Origin: an uncultured Nitrospiraceae bacterium
GTDB lineage: Bacteria > Nitrospirota > UBA9217
Assembly (NCBI GenBank): GCA_964412455.1
Contig: CAYPOT010000011.1
Location: 3,822-67,821, forward strand
DNA: 64,000 nucleotides
Direction: 5' to 3'
Positions 27,509-36,991 of this stretch are shown piece by piece. Below the pieces are notes generated by a model that was not told the origin of the DNA, ran no database searches, and saw only the letters and a list, made by a program, of their open reading frames with translations. The stretch's first letter is position 1. Every line of letters starts with the position of its first letter. The translations under genes were made by a program, and so were the position numbers.

Positions 27509-27580
27509 ATGGCCCGTCCGTTGCGCATTGAATACTCTGGTGCTGTCTGCCACCTCACCTCCCGCGGTAATGAAAAAAAA
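27509..27580 (+). pseudogene. 5' stub of a REP-associated tyrosine transposase (RAYT / IS200-like)
   Basis: MARPLRIEYSGAVCHLTSRGNEKK matches the characteristic RAYT N-terminus (..RIEYPGAxYHVTxRGN..). Similarity stops after about 22 codons. Confidence 0.5.
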
Positions 27581-27612
27581 CCCATCAGACACGGAGACGG
27601 GTTGACACCTCC

Positions 27613-27646
27613 AAATACAAAAACCGGCGATAACATCTTCGCCGGT
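27613..27646 (-). terminator. Rho-independent terminator of the 27678-28004 gene
   Basis: On the minus strand: ACCGGCGA-loop-TCGCCGGT followed by TTTTGTATTT. Confidence 0.6.
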
Positions 27647-27677
27647 CCCGTGCGCGCTGCAGTTTGTCCGCCATTAC

Positions 27678-28004
27678 CTACCCGCCGAGATACCCGCCGG
27701 AAATGTCCGGCCCGCTCCCGCCTACGGGCGCCAGAACGGAAACATCGCTTTCGATGTCCTTCCTGCCCCCCCGTGAGGTCATCCAGTCGAAGGATGTCCC
27801 CTTTTCAAGCACCTGGAGCTTCCAGTCTACATACTCCGCCAGCTCGATCAGGTGCCGGTCATGCGCGACCAGCATCGGGCTGTCCTTCCCGTAGGTCCTG
27901 GCAAGTTCTTCGCGCAGCAGATAGATCCGCCTCTTGATGCTTTCCAATTCCCGTTCTACGTCCTCAAAGTACGCCTTCTCTTTTGTTTCCATTGCGGTTC
28001 CCAT
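27678..28004 (-). CDS. Hypothetical protein (coiled-coil-like)
   Basis: 108-aa ORF followed by a terminator. No motif recognised. Confidence 0.45.
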   Translation of the reverse strand: MGTAMETKEKAYFEDVERELESIKRRIYLLREELARTYGKDSPMLVAHDRHLIELAEYVDWKLQVLEKGTSFDWMTSRGGRKDIESDVSVLAPVGGSGPDISGGYLGG

Positions 28005-28324
28005 GATATGCCTCCTTGGTGCAACATTGGCCTGCCCTGCCCCTCCTTCCCGGCCTAAATAATAGGACCTTCCAACTCCTGTTGTTCGTGTACTATAACT
28101 CCCGTACGCGGGAAGTCAAGGACAATGGCCGGGTACATTCGGTATCCTATATGCATGCAGGCCATCACCATCGTGCCACCATCGTGGGGTGCCCTTTAAA
28201 AATGAGTATCTGGTCTATCCTGTTTGGCGTTGCCCGGAGCTGTGACCGGGGATTAATATAATGAACATCAGGGGCCATGTCCATACTAGTTGACTTCCCC
28301 TTTTCCCTCTGCTATTTTCTCTCC

Positions 28325-28693
28325 ATGGCTGATCCCAATTCCAGGCTGGTCTATTCGACTGAAGAGGTCATCCCAAGGAAGGGAAAGCCGGCTGACCACA
28401 ACGCTTCGGCTCCTGTTGATCCCGCAAAACGCAGGACAACCGTGCGCCTCGACCGGAAAGGCAGGGGCGGCAAGTCGGTCACGGTGATAGAGGGACTTCA
28501 GCTCCCGGCTGAGGACAGCGAAAAGCTTCTGAAGCGATTAAAGACAAAATTCGGCACCGGCGGAGTTGTTAAGAATGGCGCGCTCGAGATCCAGGGGGAC
28601 CATTGCGATGGGATCATGGCTGAGCTGGGTAAGGTGGGGTATAGACCGAAACGGTCGGGTGAATCCAGGAGCGAGCGCATAGCAAGCGATTAG
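28325..28693 (+). CDS. yciH: SUI1/YciH-family translation initiation factor
   Basis: LVYSTE...VRLDRKGRGGKSVTVIEGL...LKTKFGTGGVVKNGALEIQGDH is the SUI1 signature. Confidence 0.8.
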   Translation: MADPNSRLVYSTEEVIPRKGKPADHNASAPVDPAKRRTTVRLDRKGRGGKSVTVIEGLQLPAEDSEKLLKRLKTKFGTGGVVKNGALEIQGDHCDGIMAELGKVGYRPKRSGESRSERIASD

Positions 28694-28759
28694 AATAAGA
28701 AACTTCCCTGAGGATCGAAGCTCCATGCAGTTATCTGTAGGGAGCTTAAATAGGAGGCA

Positions 28760-29119
28760 TTACTTGTGCCCCATCTCCTCGTGTGCATTGTGCCGCGATA
28801 TCAGCTTGACGGTATGAAAGAACGGTGCATTCGTAGAGCTCGTGATCAAGACCAGGATCCCCTCCGAATGGGGGTCGTAGCTGCCTAAAAGCGCTGCCAG
28901 GCCGGCTTTAGGTTCTTTGCCGTCGATTATTTCAAGAACATCGTTCCTGGTCAGGTAATCATCCTCGATGGGAACAGTGCCATTGATCACCGGCTCCGTA
29001 TAGACAAGAACGGCACCTTTTCCTGCTGATAAATAACACTCTCTGAACACCAGGGAAACTTCAGGCCAAAACGGGCCAAGAGCCGCTAACGCCTTATCTC
29101 GCTCTTCCATTGGGGTCAT
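28760..29119 (-). CDS. Hypothetical protein
   Basis: 119-aa ORF lying 16 nt downstream of the 29136-29579 gene on the same strand. Confidence 0.45.
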   Translation of the reverse strand: MTPMEERDKALAALGPFWPEVSLVFRECYLSAGKGAVLVYTEPVINGTVPIEDDYLTRNDVLEIIDGKEPKAGLAALLGSYDPHSEGILVLITSSTNAPFFHTVKLISRHNAHEEMGHK

Positions 29120-29135
29120 CGTTGTTTTCTCTCCG

Positions 29136-29579
29136 CTACTTCTTCTTACGGATCACTGGTCCCATGGTCGAAATGATGATCCTATTCACTTCCTCTTCGT
29201 TCAAGCCGAGTTTTTTATTCATCAGAACAGTTTCCGCCTTTGCCCTGGCAAGGCTGCAATGCCAGCCCCAGTCCAATTTATAGAACCCGGCTTCACCCTC
29301 GACAGCAAAACACATGATATAAGCACCCTCTTTGCGTTCGGCATCACTTACAAAATATGCCATTCGTTTGCCTTTGAACGCTGAGGTGACAAACTCCATG
29401 ACCTGCTTCTGCAATTCAAGTTTCTGCTTTGCGAGAGAGACCGGCTTTCCCTTTGAGGGGGCGCCAGGCCTCTTTTTTGCTGCGGCAGCTGCCGGTTTTT
29501 TCTTTGACGTGGATACGGTCTTCTTTGTTGCAACAGAACCGGCCTTTTTCTTTGATGGAGAAACAGTTTTTGCTTTCAT
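29136..29579 (-). CDS. Hypothetical protein with Lys/Ala/Pro-rich (histone-H1-like) N-terminus
   Basis: 147 aa. KKKAGSVATKKTVSTSKKKPAAAAAKKRPGAPSKGK, followed by a globular domain. Confidence 0.5.
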   Translation of the reverse strand: MKAKTVSPSKKKAGSVATKKTVSTSKKKPAAAAAKKRPGAPSKGKPVSLAKQKLELQKQVMEFVTSAFKGKRMAYFVSDAERKEGAYIMCFAVEGEAGFYKLDWGWHCSLARAKAETVLMNKKLGLNEEEVNRIIISTMGPVIRKKK

Positions 29580-29785
29580 GAGCAGCCTCCGAAATTATTT
29601 TCATGGCTATTGTAGAGGTAATTCGTCTGAAGTGCAAGAAGACCTTTCTTTAAAGACCCGAACCTCTGCTTCCTCTGCTCCGATCTCCGACCACGTCATT
29701 CTGATCTCTCTTGTATAACGTCCGGGGGAATATACATGGTATAATGATCACATTCACACTATCCAGGTGATCAAGGAGGCGCACA

Positions 29786-29914
29786 ATGGGAGACAAGGGC
29801 GGAAAAAAGAACAAGGAAAAGGGCCAGAAGCAGAAAGAAGTAAAGCATGTCCATGACGTGCAGCAGCAAAAGGACAAGCAGCAGAAGAGCCCGTTCGATA
29901 TAAAGGGCAGATAG
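29786..29914 (+). CDS. Possible 42-aa lysine-rich micro-protein
   Basis: ATG lies 6 nt after AAGGAGG. MGDKGGKKNKEKGQKQKEVKHVHDVQQQKDKQQKSPFDIKGR. Not in the ORF track because it is under 60 aa. Confidence 0.4.
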   Translation: MGDKGGKKNKEKGQKQKEVKHVHDVQQQKDKQQKSPFDIKGR

Positions 29915-30074
29915 ACCTGGACCGGTCTTTCGCAGGCGCGGCGGTGAAGTCTCTGACCGCGGGCCTGCAGAGGGCAGGGGAACCTGACCCCTGCGCGCAG
30001 CAAGAATTGCCCCGCCGTATTTGCAGGCACGGGCCATCAGATCGCTACGTCATACTCGTGAGGAGAGTTTCTGA

Positions 30075-30455
30075 ATGCAGAAAATATATTATGTGTCCGC
30101 ATTGGTGGCCGTACTGTCATTTTCCAGTTGGAACGCTGCCGAAGGCGCCGGCTCCAGGATCGCGGGGAGCTGCGATAACGCCGCGAGCGGGTTTTGCAAC
30201 GAATTTACCGGCTCCTCCTACAAAGCGGCGAATGTGGAGAGATCATGTAAGGGACAAAAGATGACGTTCCTCACAGGCGCCTGCAAGACCGAGGGGCGGG
30301 TGGGCTCGTGCCTGATGTACAAGGGCAAGAACAACGAATCTTACTATCGTTACTACAAGAGCTATCCGGGCTATGGCATCAAACCGAAAGGCGGTGTTGC
30401 CGCGGAGGCCGAAAGACAATGCGCCAAAATGAAAGGTGCGTGGACCCCGAACTGA
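30075..30455 (+). CDS. Exported Cys-containing hypothetical protein
   Basis: Signal peptide YYVSALVAVLSFSSWNAAEG. Six Cys in the mature part. Confidence 0.5.
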   Translation: MQKIYYVSALVAVLSFSSWNAAEGAGSRIAGSCDNAASGFCNEFTGSSYKAANVERSCKGQKMTFLTGACKTEGRVGSCLMYKGKNNESYYRYYKSYPGYGIKPKGGVAAEAERQCAKMKGAWTPN

Positions 30456-30559
30456 GCCGCGGAACCTGGGGGGCAGAGGGTCGAACATTTTTTAGGGCAG
30501 CTCTTTTTGGGCAACAGCCCGAAAAGACCTGACACGGCGGCTTTCTCTGGGGAGGGGTC

Positions 30560-31771
30560 ATGGACGCGAAAGAACATAAGGAGGAGCCAGGAATGAAGAC
30601 CGAACGTTCGCCCGAGGAGAAAAGCGTCCGGAACAAAGACGAGATGGAATCCTCCGCGCCCGCTCCTGTAACGCTGCGCATGCCGGTTGATGCCAGCAGT
30701 TTTTCGCTCGCTCTGCTCGCGGTGCTTGCGGTCATCTACGTACTGCATTGGGCCGCGGCGGTATTGATTCCGCTGATGTTGGGCGTGATGATCAGCTATG
30801 CGCTTTCTTCCCCTGTCGACCTGATGCACAAATGGCGGATCCCGCGTGCCATCGGGGCCGCTGTGTTGTTGCTCTGTATCGTGGGAGGGTCCGGTTCTCT
30901 GATGTATTCGCTCAGCGACGATGCTGCCAGGATGATCGAAACCCTGCCCGACGCCGCGTATAAGATCCGCCTGGCAAGGCTCAAGGAACGGAAAACATCA
31001 GAAGGCGCGATGGCGAACGTGCAAAAAGCCGCGACCCAACTCGAGCGGGCAGCGAGCGAGACAGGCGCTCCGGCACCTGCCGCCCCGAGCGGGGTGACGC
31101 GGGTGCAGATCGAAAAGCCAAAACTGAATGTCAAAGACTACCTTTGGATGGGAACCAAGGGCGCACTTGTGTTTGCCGGCCAGCTCACCATGGTCTTGTT
31201 TCTGGCGTATTTTATGCTGGTTTCAGGCGACACGTTCCGGCGCAAACTGGTCAAGATGACCGGCCCCGCCTTCAGCAAGAAAAAGATCACCCTCCGGGTG
31301 CTGGATGAAATTACCGACCAGATCCAACGCTATCTGCTGGTGCAGATATTCACCAGCATTCTAGTGGGCGTGGTGACCTGGCTCGCGTTTCTCTGGGTCG
31401 GCCTGGAGCATGCGGCAATCTGGGGGATCGCCGCCGGGGTATTCAATACCATGCCCTATCTCGGTCCGGTCATCGTTACCGGCGGCACGGCGCTCGTCGC
31501 TTTTCTCCAATTCGGAACGATCAGCATGACGGTTCTGGTCGCGGGCGTCTCGCTGGTCATCACCAGTCTCGAAGGTTACTTGCTGACGCCGTGGCTTACC
31601 GGTCGGGCAGGCCGGATGAGCCCGGTGGTGATTTTCGTCAGCGTGCTGTTTTGGGGTTGGTTGTGGGGCGTGTGGGGTCTCTTGCTGGGTGTGCCCATCA
31701 TCATGATCATCAAGGCCGTATGCGATCGGGTGGAAGATTTGAAACCCATCGGGGAACTGCTCGGCGATTAG
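30560..31771 (+). CDS. AI-2E family transporter (PerM/UPF0118)
   Basis: 403 aa, multi-TM. FNTMPYLGPVIV...LFWGWLWGVWGLLLGVPI is typical of the family. Confidence 0.8.
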   Translation: MDAKEHKEEPGMKTERSPEEKSVRNKDEMESSAPAPVTLRMPVDASSFSLALLAVLAVIYVLHWAAAVLIPLMLGVMISYALSSPVDLMHKWRIPRAIGAAVLLLCIVGGSGSLMYSLSDDAARMIETLPDAAYKIRLARLKERKTSEGAMANVQKAATQLERAASETGAPAPAAPSGVTRVQIEKPKLNVKDYLWMGTKGALVFAGQLTMVLFLAYFMLVSGDTFRRKLVKMTGPAFSKKKITLRVLDEITDQIQRYLLVQIFTSILVGVVTWLAFLWVGLEHAAIWGIAAGVFNTMPYLGPVIVTGGTALVAFLQFGTISMTVLVAGVSLVITSLEGYLLTPWLTGRAGRMSPVVIFVSVLFWGWLWGVWGLLLGVPIIMIIKAVCDRVEDLKPIGELLGD

Positions 31772-31987
31772 AAATCGCCGGGGTCAGGTGGATAGAGAGT
31801 TAGTTACGAATCAAATTCTACTCAAAACGGCAAAGAGCCTATAGGGTCACGTCTTGTAATTTGACATTCTCACAAAATCGCCAACCTTACCGCTCCCGAC
31901 GTCATCGCCCAGGAGATCAATCGAACGCGGGGACCGTAGAGGGTCAAACATGATATGCTGGTATGTTGACATTCCCTTGCATCGTAT

Positions 31988-32515
31988 TTGCCGGAGATCC
32001 GGGAAATGCTCACGGTGACCCCATTCATGTCCACCTGCCGGGAGGCGCGATCCATGGACGCTGATCTCTTCACCACCGCACTCGGTCCTTTCTGGAGCAA
32101 CAGCGGGACCAGGACCTGGAGCCTGCTGTTCGGCCCCGACAAGATCATCGCCGTTCCCTACACCTTCTTCGAAGCCTTCCAGTTCGGGCTTCGCGTCAAC
32201 CTTGGCTTCTGGCCCCGGGACCCGGGAGCGGCCTTTCGCGGCCGCGTCCGGGAGGGGATACGCGAGGCCGATCTGCCGCGCGACCGTCCGTTCAGGCGCT
32301 ATCACGCGCATGTGCTCCGATCCATCGTCATCCGATCGAACAGCACGGCCAATACGCTTTTGTTCGAGAAGCTGTCCGGCGAGACGGACGAGTATGCCAT
32401 CGCCCTGCGGGACGAGACCGACCTGTACCGGGCGGTCCTCGGCGAGTTCTATCCCGGCCGGTATCATGAAAAGGACTTTCCCGCCGGCGCCCTGGGGAAA
32501 CTGCTCAGAAAATGA
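31988..32515 (+). CDS. Hypothetical protein
   Basis: 175-aa ORF. The start is uncertain (alternative ATG near 32054). No motif recognised. Confidence 0.35.
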   Translation: MPEIREMLTVTPFMSTCREARSMDADLFTTALGPFWSNSGTRTWSLLFGPDKIIAVPYTFFEAFQFGLRVNLGFWPRDPGAAFRGRVREGIREADLPRDRPFRRYHAHVLRSIVIRSNSTANTLLFEKLSGETDEYAIALRDETDLYRAVLGEFYPGRYHEKDFPAGALGKLLRK

Positions 32516-32719
32516 CTAAGTATCGGGCTCGCTTCTTTCTGTTTGACAGGGAATCACCCTGAATCAGGCTTGAGTTGCCGCTTCGATCTCTTCTCATGAA
32601 AATGTCCGACGAGGTAATTCCATAAACGCATGGCGTGTTGCTGTTTGACTTTCCCCGCAGTCCTTGCTAATCTATCCCACCCTGATCAGCGGTCCCCGGG
32701 AAGTGCAAGAGGGCTTCCC

Positions 32720-32866
32720 ATGGACCGCGCGCGCATCGCATTTACCCGTTCCAACGGTGCAGGCAAGGAGTTGTCCACAGATATCCATGCCATCGACCCG
32801 GACGGCAAGAATGGGTCCCGGCTCACGATGAACCGGGATCACGTCTTACCCCGGCCGCCTTTTTGA
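32720..32866 (+). pseudogene. Possible fragment of a TolB/PD40 beta-propeller repeat protein
   Basis: RIAFTRSNGAGKELSTDIHAIDPDGKNGSRLT resembles a single PD40 repeat. It is too short to be functional. Confidence 0.25.
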
Positions 32867-32870
32867 AACG

Positions 32871-33782
32871 ATGACAACCAATTTTTTCAATTCACTATCT
32901 CACACGGATTTTCTGCGGCTGACGCTCGAGGCATTTTCGCGGCAGGGGTACGAGGTGGAACAGAGCGCCGCCGCGGGGGCTGATGGAGTGCTGATCGGCA
33001 GGAACGGCGAGCGGATCGGCATTCTCTGCAAGAAATACCGCGGAGCGTTCATCGGCCGGCCGGTCCTTCAGCAATTTTATGGAGCAATGGAACAGATCGG
33101 CTGCAAGGAAGGATACCTGGTAACGACGACAGATTGCTCGCCCGAATCGTACGAATTCGCAAAAGGGAAAGGCATCGGCCTGTACAGCCGTGAACGAACG
33201 ATAGAATTGCTGAAAACAGCGTTCGGGGAGGAGTTCATCCGAAGCGGCAGGATGCCTGAACTGGGACCAAAGGCAATAACCGTCCCCGCGGCAGTCCTCC
33301 AAACCATCAGCGTTGCGTCGTACGAGAAGGTGTCTGTCTCCGACCTGAAGAACGCGCGTGAACCGGAAAGGACGCCTGAACCGGCAGAGGCTACGGAACC
33401 GGAAAAAGCTTCAGAACAAGTTCAAGCGCCGCCGGAGGAGACAGCCAGCGAGGACCTGCCGGAGGAAGTGCTGGTAGTAGAGAGCATCGGATCTCCCGGG
33501 GCCTCAGAGACCGCTTCACCGGAGAACACGAGGACCATTTTCTGCGCGGAATGCAATAAGCAGCTGAGGGTGCCGACCGACCAGGGGATGATAACGGTGA
33601 CCTGCACTGAGTGCGGATTGCAGCAGATCTATCAGCCCGAGCTGAACAGTGACGGTGAAGTGAAGACAACGACGATCGTTGCGTGTCAGACCTGCTCGCA
33701 GCAGTTGAACGTCCCGACCAACCGTGGGCAGCTGAACGTACGGTGCCCGAAGTGCGGAGCGAAATGGTTGTTCACGCCATGA
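32871..33782 (+). CDS. Mrr-type restriction endonuclease domain fused to two zinc ribbons
   Basis: The N-terminus (FLRLTLEAFSRQGYEV...GADGVL...ILCKKYRG..VGRPVLQQFYG) matches Mrr_cat. An acidic linker follows. The C-terminus has CAECNKQLRVP...CTECG and CQTCSQQLNVP...CPKCG. Confidence 0.65.
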   Translation: MTTNFFNSLSHTDFLRLTLEAFSRQGYEVEQSAAAGADGVLIGRNGERIGILCKKYRGAFIGRPVLQQFYGAMEQIGCKEGYLVTTTDCSPESYEFAKGKGIGLYSRERTIELLKTAFGEEFIRSGRMPELGPKAITVPAAVLQTISVASYEKVSVSDLKNAREPERTPEPAEATEPEKASEQVQAPPEETASEDLPEEVLVVESIGSPGASETASPENTRTIFCAECNKQLRVPTDQGMITVTCTECGLQQIYQPELNSDGEVKTTTIVACQTCSQQLNVPTNRGQLNVRCPKCGAKWLFTP

Positions 33783-33930
33783 AAGGCTTTTGTTCCGCCA
33801 AACGATGGACCGTATGAGAACTGCGAAAACAGCCCCGTCCACCTTCATGCGGCCCTCCCGGGGCGCCGTCAAAAACTTCCCCAGCCCTCCGCGCTTTTGC
33901 ATCTGACCTGCTTGTCTAAACATATTGGAG

Positions 33931-33959
33931 TTGACAGATCAATCAATTGCCATTATGAT
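33931..33959 (+). promoter_or_regulatory. Sigma-70-type promoter upstream of the tandem USP gene
   Basis: TTGACA, 17 nt, then TATGAT. Confidence 0.5.
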
Positions 33960-34063
33960 TTGCTTAGATGCATCATTTCGGCCAAGCGCTACATATTGCT
34001 GCAGGAGCGTTTTTCTGAAAAGGAACGTTTTCCATATATATCACACTGCGAGGAGGAATTTTT

Positions 34064-34984
34064 ATGTCAGAGATCTGCCCAATAGTGAATACAGACAGGC
34101 TGCTGCTTGCGACGGAAAGCTCGGAATTCAGCGAGGGGGCCATCCGGGAAGCGATCCGGCTCGCGAAGCGCTGCGGGAGCAAGCTGACCGCGTTGTCGGT
34201 GATCGAAACAAACCCCGAGTTCGGGGCGCAGGCGCCCGCGGTCCTGGAAAAGATGGAAAAAGAAGTGCACGCGCATCTCGACTCGGTGAAAGCGCGCGCC
34301 AAGCAGGAGGGCGTCGCGTGCGAGACGGTCACCTACGAGGGCGAGGATTCTTATAAATATATCGTCGACGAGGCCGTGAAGCAGAAAAGCACCATGATCA
34401 TCATGGGACGGCGCGGCAAGAAGGGCTTCCGGCGGCTGGTGATGGGGAGCACGACGGCATGGACCATCGGCCACGCGCCGTGCAGCGTCATGGTCGTGCC
34501 GCGGGCAGCGAAGGTGGATATCACGAGCATCGTCGTGGCCACGGACGGCTCGAAATATTCGGCCGACGCTGCGTCCGAAGCCATCGGCATCGCCAAGCGC
34601 AATAACGCGAAACTGACGGTCCTCGCGGTCGTTCCGGCGGATATCGCCATGATAACGGACATCGATTTTACCGCGATCGATCGCGAGAAGTTCGCCGATC
34701 AGGAGATGCTGACGGCGGAAAAGAACGCCAGGTTGGTAAAGGACGCTGCGCAGAAGGCGGGCGTGGATGTCCAGGCCTTCGTCATGACCGGCAAGCCCGC
34801 CGATGCCATCCTGGAGATCGCCAAAGATAAATCGGCCGACCTGGTGGTCGTGGGAAGCCACGGCAGGACGGGCCTTGAACGGCTGCTGCTGGGCAGCATT
34901 GCCGAGCGCGTGATCGTCATGTCCTCCTGTGCCGCTCTGGTGGTGAAAAGGGAAGAGAAGCAGCCAAAGCCGGACACCAAATAA
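34064..34984 (+). CDS. Universal stress protein, tandem USP domains
   Basis: 306 aa. Two ATP-motif regions: MGRRGKKGFRRLVMGSTT and VGSHGRTGLERLLLGSIAERV. Confidence 0.85.
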   Translation: MSEICPIVNTDRLLLATESSEFSEGAIREAIRLAKRCGSKLTALSVIETNPEFGAQAPAVLEKMEKEVHAHLDSVKARAKQEGVACETVTYEGEDSYKYIVDEAVKQKSTMIIMGRRGKKGFRRLVMGSTTAWTIGHAPCSVMVVPRAAKVDITSIVVATDGSKYSADAASEAIGIAKRNNAKLTVLAVVPADIAMITDIDFTAIDREKFADQEMLTAEKNARLVKDAAQKAGVDVQAFVMTGKPADAILEIAKDKSADLVVVGSHGRTGLERLLLGSIAERVIVMSSCAALVVKREEKQPKPDTK

Positions 34985-34992
34985 GAGTCATT

Positions 34993-35109
34993 CGTAAAAA
35001 AGCCGTTCTCGCGCAAAGTCACGGAGGCCGCAAAGAAATGCCTGAAAGCGTTCAATTGGACGCTCTTCGTGCCTTTGCGCCTTCGGGTGAAAAATTGACT
35101 TCCTGCGAG
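34993..35109 (-). repeat. Repeat family H, copy 1
   Basis: Reverse complement of 36653-36769 by eye (…AAGTCAATTTTTCAC.CGAAGGC.CAAAGGCACGAAGA…). Confidence 0.8.
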
Positions 35110-35157
35110 ACCATCAGGATCCGCTATTTGAAGTCTGTCACCGCCCTGTGCTGAACT

Positions 35158-36462
35158 ATGCTGAACATCCTGATCATTTCCGATGAAGCGAAGGGCCTCG
35201 CCTCTCTGTTCCGGTCCACGGGATACACGCCGGACACCCGGGACCTGAAAGAGGCGGACAGCGCATCGCAGGGCGACGAGCCATCGGACAAATACGACAT
35301 CGCGTTCCTCGACCTGGACGCGGAGAACTGGCGGGAGCGGCTCCTGGACGCGCGGCACAGCATGCCCGTTATCGCTTTTTCCCTCCCCGATCTGCACAAG
35401 GCCGTGGAAGCGCTGAAGCTGGGCGCCGGCGATTATCTGGAAAAACCCCTCACCGCCGAGGTCCTGTCCGAGGTCATCGCGCGGCACCAGAAACGGATCC
35501 TGAGCCACAAGTACGGCTTCGACGAGATCATCGGGAACAGCGCGCCGATGCAGGAAGTGTTCGGGCTCATCAAGAAGGCGGCCGCAAGCGAGAGCAACGT
35601 GCTGATCACCGGCGAAAGCGGCACGGGCAAGGAGCTTATCGCCCGGGCCATCCACCGGTGGAGCCCGCGCAGCGAAAAGTCGTTCACGACCATCAATTGC
35701 ACGGCAATTCCCGATACGCTCCTCGAGTCGGAGCTCTTCGGCTTCGAAAAGGGTTCGTTCACCGGCGCGCAGTACACCAAGAAGGGGCTTCTGGAGCAGG
35801 CCGACGGCGGCACGGTGTTCTTCGACGAGATCGGCGATGTGTCGCCGCTCTTCCAGACCAAGGTGCTGCGCGTCCTGCAGGAAGGGGAGATCATGCGTAT
35901 CGGCGGAATGCGCCAGATCCGCGTGGATCTCCGGTTCATCACCGCCACGAACCGCGACCTCAAGATCGCGTGCCAGCGCGGCGTTTTCCGGGAAGACCTT
36001 TTCTACCGCCTCGACGTCATCAATATCCATCTCCCGCCATTGCGTGACCGCATGGAGGATGTCGCGCTTCTGGCGAAGCACTTTGTCCAGAAGCATGCGC
36101 ACAAGCGGAAGGACGTTCTGATCAAGTGCATCAGCGGCGAGGCGCTGAGCCTTCTGCTGGAGCATCCCTATCCCGGGAACGTGCGGGAGCTCGAGAACAT
36201 CATCGAACGTTCGATCTCTTTCGCGAACACCTCCGAGATCCTTTCCGCCGACCTTCCGCCCAATCTCCGCCAGACGCACGCGCCCGTAAAGCACCGGGCA
36301 TCGGCCCAGCGGCTGAAGGACGCCCTTTCCGCGGTCGAAAAAGAAACCATTACCGCTGCGCTTCTCGAATCGGGCGGGAACATCTCGCGCGCGGCCGCTC
36401 TTCTTGGCATCTACCGGCAGCAACTCCAGAGAAAGATCAAACAGCTTAAGATCGCCGTTTAA
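35158..36462 (+). CDS. Sigma-54-dependent transcriptional activator (NtrC family) with divergent receiver
   Basis: 434 aa. Walker A GESGTGKE, GAFTGA-type loop ESELFGFEKGSFTGA, C-terminal Fis HTH AALLGIYRQQLQRKIK. No adjacent kinase. Confidence 0.85.
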   Translation: MLNILIISDEAKGLASLFRSTGYTPDTRDLKEADSASQGDEPSDKYDIAFLDLDAENWRERLLDARHSMPVIAFSLPDLHKAVEALKLGAGDYLEKPLTAEVLSEVIARHQKRILSHKYGFDEIIGNSAPMQEVFGLIKKAAASESNVLITGESGTGKELIARAIHRWSPRSEKSFTTINCTAIPDTLLESELFGFEKGSFTGAQYTKKGLLEQADGGTVFFDEIGDVSPLFQTKVLRVLQEGEIMRIGGMRQIRVDLRFITATNRDLKIACQRGVFREDLFYRLDVINIHLPPLRDRMEDVALLAKHFVQKHAHKRKDVLIKCISGEALSLLLEHPYPGNVRELENIIERSISFANTSEILSADLPPNLRQTHAPVKHRASAQRLKDALSAVEKETITAALLESGGNISRAAALLGIYRQQLQRKIKQLKIAV

Positions 36463-36652
36463 GGTTCATTCGCAATAAAGTTGAAAAAGCTGCGACGGAC
36501 CACCGTCTTTCGCAACCAGAAGCAGGCGCTTCTAAGCGGGCCGCCAGGCACGCAAAACAATCAACAACAGTTTCCAGAGCAGCAGCCCGAAAGCATTTGA
36601 CGCTGATACCCGCGGATCCCGTTATGATCTCCATGGAGACAGCTTTGATGAC

Positions 36653-36769
36653 CTCGTAAGAAGTCAATTTTTCACACGAAGGCACAAAGGCACGAAGAAA
36701 GGCGCATTGAAAACATTCAGGTATTTCTTTGTGGCCTCCGTGATCTTTGTGTGAGAGCGACTTTTTACG
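36653..36769 (+). repeat. Repeat family H, copy 2
   Basis: See 34993-35109. The two copies bracket the EBP gene in inverted orientation. Confidence 0.8.
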
Positions 36770-36991
36770 ACTGCATCAGCTTTGACGTATCAGTAAAAAT
36801 CGCTTTTCCTTCATCGGCTTTATCCGCGCCTAAGAATCGGTTCGTTCTTGTCATTTAATCCCCCCATCGCAACATTTCATTGCGTTATCTCAGCCGATTA
36901 ATCCCTTATAATTCCATAAGGCATGCAACCTATAAATGCACCTATTTGCGGTCTATTCCATTATAGCTCATTTTTTCAAGTACTTAAATCC

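Noticed and set aside
34699-36423. 574-aa minus-strand ORF
   Set aside because: It is antisense to the USP gene's 3' end and the sigma-54 activator gene, has a shadow-ORF composition, and no domain signatures.
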